Source: a virus. From it: 64,000 nucleotides of DNA. The first letter of the stretch is position 1; the number at the start of each line of letters is the position of its first letter. The notes beneath the pieces are model-generated. The model saw nothing but the letters and a program-made list of their open reading frames with translations. It made no database searches and had not been told where the DNA came from. A program made the position numbers and the translations under genes. This document shows, piece after piece, positions 58,652 through 64,000 of this stretch. The stretch is from the IMG/VR virus record IMGVR_UViG_3300045988_150584; one strand, given 5' to 3'.

Positions 58652-59533
58652 ATGAGATATACTACTTCCCTTTTCTGCGAGTTCGATAAGTACGCAGCAG
58701 AAAGCTATTGTGCGGTTCATGACACAGCTCCGGAGCTAAATATTGGTGATATTACAAAGGCAGATGAGAAGTCTGTACCTGATTTCAACACCATGTTTGG
58801 CGGATCTCCGTGTCAGGACTTCTCTATCGCAGGGAAACAGGGGGGGGCTGCATGGACATGTAAAAACTGCGGTCATACATATAACCCCCTTGAAGCCCAT
58901 TACACAGAGCGAGATAAATGCCCGAATTGCGGTTCGACTAAGATTGAGAAAACACGCTCGTCTCTTTTGGTTGAATGGCTGCGCTTCCTTCGGGAGAAAA
59001 AGCCTCGTTTTGCTATCTATGAAAATGTCAAGAACATTGTAGGCGCTCGTTTTAGACCGACATTCGATCTGTTTGTTAAAGAGCTTGAGGACTACGGTTA
59101 CAATGTTCACTGGCAAGTATTAAATGCGAAAAATTATGGTATTCCTCAGAATCGAGAGCGTGTCTATTGTGTTATCATTCGTAAAGATTTGGATAACGGA
59201 AAGTTCAAATTCCCAGAGCCTATTCCGCTTAAACATACGCTTGCCGATATGTTAGAAACCGATGTCGATGAAAAATACTATCTCAGTGACGAGAAAGTAG
59301 CTGCAATGATTACCCCCCCCCGCAGCGAATCAGTAAAACAATCCGAGTTGGAGGAAGAAATTCAGCCGACAGACAACATCAATGGGACTTGGTTGCAGAA
59401 AACACATGGAGTCCGATTGAGTAACAAAGGCAACAAGTTTGATGGATATAGTGATATTGCTCTAACTCTTCTTGCGAGAGACTATAAGGGTTTTGGCAAT
59501 CAGCAAATGACAGGAGTAATGGAAATTGACTGA
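58652..59533 (+). CDS. C5-cytosine DNA methyltransferase, N-terminal catalytic part plus first TRD
   Basis: GGSPCQDFSIAGK (motif IV), YENVKNIV (VI), QNRERVY (VIII), TLLARDYKG. A Zn-ribbon insertion is present. In-frame G8 (58840-58847) and C9 (59313-59321) tracts. Confidence 0.8.
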   Translation: MRYTTSLFCEFDKYAAESYCAVHDTAPELNIGDITKADEKSVPDFNTMFGGSPCQDFSIAGKQGGAAWTCKNCGHTYNPLEAHYTERDKCPNCGSTKIEKTRSSLLVEWLRFLREKKPRFAIYENVKNIVGARFRPTFDLFVKELEDYGYNVHWQVLNAKNYGIPQNRERVYCVIIRKDLDNGKFKFPEPIPLKHTLADMLETDVDEKYYLSDEKVAAMITPPRSESVKQSELEEEIQPTDNINGTWLQKTHGVRLSNKGNKFDGYSDIALTLLARDYKGFGNQQMTGVMEID

Positions 59534-59648
59534 TAAAATTATTCAAGTTGGGAACTGGACGCAAGGTGCAAAACGCGAGAATCCGCAAAGAGGTCGAGTA
59601 TACGATCCGTCAGGAATTGCACCATCCCTCACCTGTATGGGGGGGTAA
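59526..59648 (+). pseudogene. TRD fragment of the C5-methyltransferase locus ending at a G7 tract
   Basis: ..QRGRVYDPSGIAPSLTCMGGG*. G7 lies at 59639-59645, and one G fewer continues as GGNLQPFIIV.. Confidence 0.5.
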
Positions 59649-59698
59649 TCTTCAGCCGTTTATAATCGTCCGTAATGAACATGTTGAGTTAGAAAGTA

Positions 59699-60775
59699 GT
59701 GCTGATGAAGAGTAGCGTTTTAATTCCCGCAGCAATTCACGGTCGTTATTCTGACAATGGTAGTATTGTGCAGCGATTAGAGCTTAGGCCAGATAAATGC
59801 ACGAATACGCTTACCTCTGTACAGAAGGACAATATTATAGTGGAATGCTGCATTGATATCCGTTTCTCCACTGAACGGAGTGAAGATGTGAAAGAAAACA
59901 ATATGCCAGTCAATGTTGGAAATGTAAATCCGTCTGGGCATGGAATGAACGGTACGGTCTACGACGCAGATGGCGTTTCTCCGACATTAACGACGAATAA
60001 AGGAGAGGGCGTAAAAATCCGCATTAAATCACCTACGCCCTTACACCAGACAATTATCTATGATGACTACAATAGGAGGATCAAGTCGGATCAGACTTGT
60101 ATAGGAACAGTTATGCCAAATTTCAAAAATGACGCTCCTGGCAATGGAACTAAGCTGATTGAAGTAAGTCCTACACCAGAGGATAAAATCACAATGCTTG
60201 GCGGCTTGCAAAAGCACCAGACTCCGAGAGACGATGGTATCTGCCCATGCGTAAATAGCGCTGCCGGTATGGGTGGTGGGCAAACGCCTATTGCAATGCG
60301 CCCAGGTTTTCGGGTAAGAAAACTCACGCCGAAAGAGTGTTGGCGTTTGATGGGTTTTGACGATGAGGATTTTGAAAAAGCACGCGATGCTATGAACGAG
60401 AATATTTATAATGGTAACGACCGTTCCAGTTCGCAGCTCTATAAGCAGGCCGGTAATAGTATTGTCGTAGATGTCCTTCAGCATATTATGGAGAATCTAT
60501 ATGACGCTATGCCATATCTGTTTGACGATATGTCTGTTGGATCGTTCTTCAGCGGTATTGGCGCTTTTGAAAAAGCTCTATCGCGGCTTGATACAAGGCT
60601 GAGCGAGAATACTCAGAATGGTTCTTCCGCCGAACTTACACAGATTGGATATATCAACGATTATAATGGAGACGCAAATCGTGTATATGATGGCGCTGCC
60701 ATTGCCCGTGCCTTGAAAGCCGAGGCGGGGGGGGCGGAGCAAAGACCGGATGGTACAGTGTCAATGCTTCGTTAA
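59699..60775 (+). CDS. C5-methyltransferase continuation: further TRDs plus motifs IX/X
   Basis: RLELRPDKCTNTLTSVQKDN, NGTVYDADGVSPTLTT, RKLTPKECWRLMGF, QLYKQAGNSIVV (motif X), then FFSGIGAFEKAL (motif I-like). The frame ends 41 nt after G8 at 60727-60734. Confidence 0.65.
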   Translation: MLMKSSVLIPAAIHGRYSDNGSIVQRLELRPDKCTNTLTSVQKDNIIVECCIDIRFSTERSEDVKENNMPVNVGNVNPSGHGMNGTVYDADGVSPTLTTNKGEGVKIRIKSPTPLHQTIIYDDYNRRIKSDQTCIGTVMPNFKNDAPGNGTKLIEVSPTPEDKITMLGGLQKHQTPRDDGICPCVNSAAGMGGGQTPIAMRPGFRVRKLTPKECWRLMGFDDEDFEKARDAMNENIYNGNDRSSSQLYKQAGNSIVVDVLQHIMENLYDAMPYLFDDMSVGSFFSGIGAFEKALSRLDTRLSENTQNGSSAELTQIGYINDYNGDANRVYDGAAIARALKAEAGGAEQRPDGTVSMLR

Positions 60776-60776
60776 A

Positions 60777-60920
60777 GTGATTGGAAGAATAATTCCAGAT
60801 AGCAAGAAGCTTCACCAAAATCAGGAAGTGTATGATACGGATTCGTGTAGCGGCGGAGGGCTTTCGCCTACGATTAAAGCCACGCACTACAAAGATCCAC
60901 CCAAAATTGAGGTGCAGTAG
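60777..60920 (+). pseudogene. TRD-like fragment
   Basis: ..QEVYDTDSCSGGGLSPTIKATHYKDPPKI.., in a different frame from the preceding ORF. Confidence 0.45.
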
Positions 60921-61123
60921 TGGAAACAGTCAGAATTAAGCAAGCCACAAAACAGGGTTTTATTGAGTGCGTCGTGGGGGGGGCTGTCGATCTCTCCTAT
61001 CCAAACTCAAAAACAAGGCGTGGTCGAGTACAAGAGGGCGGAACGATCTGCCCGACAATTACAGCACAGAATACCGGCATCTGCCTTATTGAAAAAGCAG
61101 ATTATTCCCGCAAATCCACTTGA
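60920..61123 (+). CDS. TRD-like ORF (GTG start)
   Basis: KQATKQGFIE..SKTRRGRVQEGGTICPTITAQ. An in-frame G8 tract lies at 60976-60983. Confidence 0.45.
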   Translation: METVRIKQATKQGFIECVVGGAVDLSYPNSKTRRGRVQEGGTICPTITAQNTGICLIEKADYSRKST

Positions 61124-61150
61124 CAGATAGCGTCAAGCGTGTTATTATAT

Positions 61151-61172
61151 AGAGGAAATAGCTAAACAATAT
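61151..61172 (+). promoter_or_regulatory. class-B motif copy
   Basis: AGAGGAAATAGCTAAACAATAT. Confidence 0.45.
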
Positions 61173-61206
61173 CGGAATGGCATGTAGCCATCCGTTTGGT
61201 TCTTTC

Positions 61207-61228
61207 AAAGGAATTAGCAAAATAATTT
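61207..61228 (+). promoter_or_regulatory. class-B motif copy 5' of an RBS
   Basis: AAAGGAATTAGCAAAATAATTT followed by ATTAAAGGAG. Confidence 0.5.
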
Positions 61229-61246
61229 ATTAAAGGAGTTCAGTTT

Positions 61247-61708
61247 ATGGAAAAGCGAATGGTTTCTTATCCGTATCCGAGTCAGAACATTGTTAGTAGC
61301 ATTTTGGATGATGTATTGCGTTCTGTCAGCGCTGCGAGCGTTCCCGCAAATCGTCCTACTGCTATGACGGCGGTTCACCAGCCGGCGCAGGTCATCTTTA
61401 ATCCTCCTGCCACGATTGTGTATTGGAGAGATGGTACTAAGACGGTCGTGCGCTGCGACAACGACGAGTTCTCTGAGGAATTCGGCTTTGCGATGGCCTG
61501 TATGCGCAAGATCTTCGGTACTCGAAATGCGTTTAAGGCGCAGTTCAAGAACGCATACCGCCCTTATCTGAAAAAGAAAAAGGAAAAGCATACCGATAGC
61601 TGTGAGGTCAAGCATTCCGATGCTCCCATCTCTTTGGATAAGATGCTGCGTGATTTTGCTGGAGATGACAGCGTTGGTGTCGCTATTGGATTTAAGCCCA
61701 AGGAGTAA
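61247..61708 (+). CDS. hypothetical protein
   Basis: AAGGAG RBS. 153 aa. ATIVYWRDGTKTVVRCDNDEF is a recurrent phage motif. Confidence 0.55.
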   Translation: MEKRMVSYPYPSQNIVSSILDDVLRSVSAASVPANRPTAMTAVHQPAQVIFNPPATIVYWRDGTKTVVRCDNDEFSEEFGFAMACMRKIFGTRNAFKAQFKNAYRPYLKKKKEKHTDSCEVKHSDAPISLDKMLRDFAGDDSVGVAIGFKPKE

Positions 61709-61739
61709 TCCTTATTTCGTATGTGTTGAGTGCGGCTGT

Positions 61740-61964
61740 GTGTTTCAAGAGCCAAAGCATTATATCGAAACGCATGGTCTCGACACTCCACCATATGAGC
61801 ATTTTACAGTTTGTCCTCATTGCGGCGGAGCGTTTGTAGAAGCACATCGTTGTGATTGCTGCGGTGAATTTATTACCGCCGATTACATTGTGGTTCAAGA
61901 TGGAAAACGCTATTGCGAAGAGTGCTATTCTATTCGGAACATTGAGGATGATTTAGCTGCATAA
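61740..61964 (+). CDS. Zn-ribbon protein, start unresolved
   Basis: CVECG..CPHCG..CDCCG..CEEC. There is no in-frame ATG near the AAGGAG at 61700. The GTG at 61740 is the first canonical start. Confidence 0.45.
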   Translation: MFQEPKHYIETHGLDTPPYEHFTVCPHCGGAFVEAHRCDCCGEFITADYIVVQDGKRYCEECYSIRNIEDDLAA

Positions 61965-61978
61965 ACGGAGGTTTTAAT

Positions 61979-62578
61979 TTGATTAGCGATAAGTTGGGAC
62001 AATCATTGAAAGAGGAATTTCTTTTGATTTGCAAGAGAGATATTTGTCGAGATGGAATCGAAGAACTGTTAGGATGGGTAGAAGAAAGTGATTTCTTTTA
62101 TGCTCCAGCAAGTACAAGATTTCACGGCAATTACAAATATGGTCTGTTAGAGCATTCTTTGAATGTTTACAAAGCCTTAAAGGAACTTGTTAAGCAACAC
62201 GAAGAGGTTGAGGTATCCGATGAGACGCTTGCAATTTCTGCACTATTTCACGATATTTGCAAGGCAAACTTATATGTCGTAGGGAGCAGAAATGTTAAGG
62301 ATGAGCAGACGGGCCAATGGCACAAGGAAGCAATTTATAAGCATGATGACCAGTTTCCTATTGGTCATGGCGAAAAGTCTGTGATTATTTTGCTTCGGCA
62401 TATGGCTCTCACAGACGATGAAATTTATGCGATTCGCTTCCATATGGGCGGATTTGATTCCGCCGTCAAAGGCGGAGATGGAAGTATCAGCAAAGCTTAC
62501 GAACTTTGCCCGCTTGCGGTGTTACTCCATCTTGCAGATATGACCGCAAGTTATCTTATGGAGGATCGTAATGCCTGA
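61979..62578 (+). CDS. HD-domain phosphohydrolase
   Basis: TTG start after GGAGG. FHGNY.., LFHDICKAN, IGHGEKS. Confidence 0.7.
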   Translation: MISDKLGQSLKEEFLLICKRDICRDGIEELLGWVEESDFFYAPASTRFHGNYKYGLLEHSLNVYKALKELVKQHEEVEVSDETLAISALFHDICKANLYVVGSRNVKDEQTGQWHKEAIYKHDDQFPIGHGEKSVIILLRHMALTDDEIYAIRFHMGGFDSAVKGGDGSISKAYELCPLAVLLHLADMTASYLMEDRNA

Positions 62579-63335
62579 TGAAGCAAATTTGAATCTGGTA
62601 CAGAAACTTGCGAAGATCCGCGAAATGGTGGAGGTTCTTCGCAAGAATAAATCCGGATTTAACTACAAGTATGTTACGGAAGATGAGATTCTGGCGCGTG
62701 TGGCTGCCGGCATGAAGAAATACGGTGTGTCGCTGCAGCCAAGTATTGTTCCTGGCACACTTTCTGTAACGCCTGTCAGTTACACAAAAACAAAGAATAC
62801 AAAGTCTGGCGATCAGCTCAAAGAGGAAATCAACGAAACGCTTGTTCATGCAGAACTTACTTTTACTTGGGTAAACTGCGATGATGTAAATGATACTCTC
62901 GTTGTTCCGTGGGCATTGGTTGGACAGCAGGGCGACGCAAGCCAAGCTTTTGGTAGCGGCCTGACATATGCAAATCGTTATTTTATGCTGAAATTCTTCC
63001 AAATCGCAACACCGGACGATGATCCGGACAATTGGCGGAGCAAGAAGGAAGAGGCGGAACAGGAAGCTGAAATGGCTATTGTTCGTCCAATCATCACAAA
63101 GATTGACGATCATGTCAAAACATATCTGAATGCAAATGAAAATGAAGCCGGTGCGAGAAAGGCGCTTATTGAGGTTGTTAAAAAGTATGTCAAAGATGGC
63201 AATAAGCCAACTGCCGACTACATGAATTACCTCACAGATCCCACGGTCGCAGGAGAGCTTCTTGAAGAGCTTCAAAAGCAATTTCCAGTTGGAACAAAGA
63301 AAAAGTCAGTAGCAAAGAAAGAAGGTAATGCGTAA
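62571..63335 (+). CDS. erf: ERF-family single-strand annealing protein
   Basis: LVQKLAKIREMVEVLRKNKSGFNYKYVTEDEILARV.., SQAFGSGLTYANRYFMLKFFQI. Confidence 0.85.
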   Translation: MPDEANLNLVQKLAKIREMVEVLRKNKSGFNYKYVTEDEILARVAAGMKKYGVSLQPSIVPGTLSVTPVSYTKTKNTKSGDQLKEEINETLVHAELTFTWVNCDDVNDTLVVPWALVGQQGDASQAFGSGLTYANRYFMLKFFQIATPDDDPDNWRSKKEEAEQEAEMAIVRPIITKIDDHVKTYLNANENEAGARKALIEVVKKYVKDGNKPTADYMNYLTDPTVAGELLEELQKQFPVGTKKKSVAKKEGNA

Positions 63336-63769
63336 TGGGATTTCGTGAAGGTGCATTTGCTACGGTTTGGGAGATCACAAATCAGGGAGATACCTTCTCT
63401 AAGGTAAGAGTGTCCACAAGCCGTAAAGATAAGAAGACGGATGAATATGTAACCGACTTTAACGGATTCGTCAGTCTGATTGGCGAGGCGAACAAAAAGT
63501 TAGGTCTCATTGAGCGTTCTTTGGATGAAGATGGTCGGTGCAGAATCAAGCTTGGTGCTTGTGATGTCTCTAATCGCTACGATAAGGACGCAGGCCGCGA
63601 GTTTGTAAACTATACGCTGTTCGATTTCGAGATGCCTGATGGGAGCGGAGCTGATGCCGCAGAAGCTCCTAAGGAAAAGAAAACTCCAAAGGGCGGGAAA
63701 AAGCAGAAAGCAAAGCCGTCTGCTCTGACCGAAGAAGAGTCTGATGAAGACGAAGAACTCCCGTTTTAA
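63335..63769 (+). CDS. ssb: single-stranded DNA-binding protein (OB fold with an acidic tail)
   Basis: The N-terminus is OB-like. The C-terminal tail EEESDEDEELPF is SSB-type. Confidence 0.75.
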   Translation: MGFREGAFATVWEITNQGDTFSKVRVSTSRKDKKTDEYVTDFNGFVSLIGEANKKLGLIERSLDEDGRCRIKLGACDVSNRYDKDAGREFVNYTLFDFEMPDGSGADAAEAPKEKKTPKGGKKQKAKPSALTEEESDEDEELPF

Positions 63770-63824
63770 GTCGCTTCGATGAATGCGGTGATGCACTATT
63801 CGATACGATTTAATCATCGAAGAT

Positions 63825-64000
63825 ATGACTTGGAGTTATTCAAGAGTAGCATCATTTGATGATTGCCCGTATAAGTGGTTTCTTTCCTATTTATATCGGG
63901 ATGAAAATGGACATTCTCTGAAAAAGAAAAGTGGCTTTTTTGCAGAATTCGGAAGCTACATGCACAAGATTTTGCAGATGTACTTGAGTGGTCTACTGGA
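63825..64000 (+). CDS. PD-(D/E)XK (Cas4/RecB-like) nuclease, 3' end beyond the window
   Basis: MTWSYSRVASFDDCPYKWFLSYLY.. is typical of the N-terminus of phage RecB-family exonucleases. Confidence 0.6.
   Translation, partial: MTWSYSRVASFDDCPYKWFLSYLYRDENGHSLKKKSGFFAEFGSYMHKILQMYLSGLL

Noticed and set aside
3249-61228. The repeated ~20-bp and 35-bp motifs as a CRISPR array or terminal repeats.
   Set aside because: The copies are dispersed over tens of kb at irregular spacing, always intergenic and orientation-linked to genes. There is no repeat-spacer periodicity.

Overview
The window looks like part of a temperate, Firmicutes-type phage or prophage, judged from strong AGGAGG ribosome-binding sites, roughly 40% GC and tight gene packing. 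All folds, motif alignments and counts below were done by eye from the sequence and the ORF track; no tool was run.

Layout:
- 1-17.6 kb is leftward-transcribed. It holds an array of 16 tRNA genes plus a tmRNA, a ~640-nt ORF-free stretch, and genes for HU, a metallophosphoesterase, an 898-aa YonO/RdRP-like two-barrel RNA polymerase candidate, a NifS-like cysteine desulfurase, an HNH endonuclease, a P-loop NTPase and a tyrosine integrase.
- 17.6-18.8 kb is a control region with GCGTTGAT iterons, CGTTG-N2-CAACG palindromes and a ~360-nt tract almost free of A.
- 18.8-64 kb is rightward-transcribed. It holds a GC-richer module with a sigma-like protein and a 22-36 kb island of small genes that also carries DUF932 and a methyltransferase-SNF2 helicase fusion. 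An inverted ImmR/ImmA switch with face-to-face promoters follows.
- Further right come an SPFH module, a second RNA cluster (2 canonical tRNAs plus 6 tRNA-like genes with aberrant or interrupted anticodon regions), a DUF2828/vWA protein, an RlmN/Cfr-like radical SAM enzyme and a LemA module.
- After those come an RNA-repair cassette (Rnl ligase, Pol-beta nucleotidyltransferase, kinase-HD), two PP-loop 'PAPS reductase' genes, an N6-adenine methyltransferase and a fragmented multi-TRD (target-recognition domain) C5 methyltransferase locus.
- An HD/ERF/SSB/nuclease recombination module closes the window.

Most notable signals:
- The phage RNA polymerase candidate, together with a 35-bp bipartite motif present 11 times with invariant spacing and a ~20-bp intercistronic motif present about 18 times.
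- tRNA-like genes carrying 40-50-nt insertions that share an ACAGCAAT core, which also occurs in covarying hairpins between tRNAs in both arrays.
- Twelve G/C homopolymer runs of 7-9 nt, eleven of them within 8 kb of nucleic-acid-modification genes and five exactly at reading-frame breaks.
- The nearly A-free tract beside the iterons.
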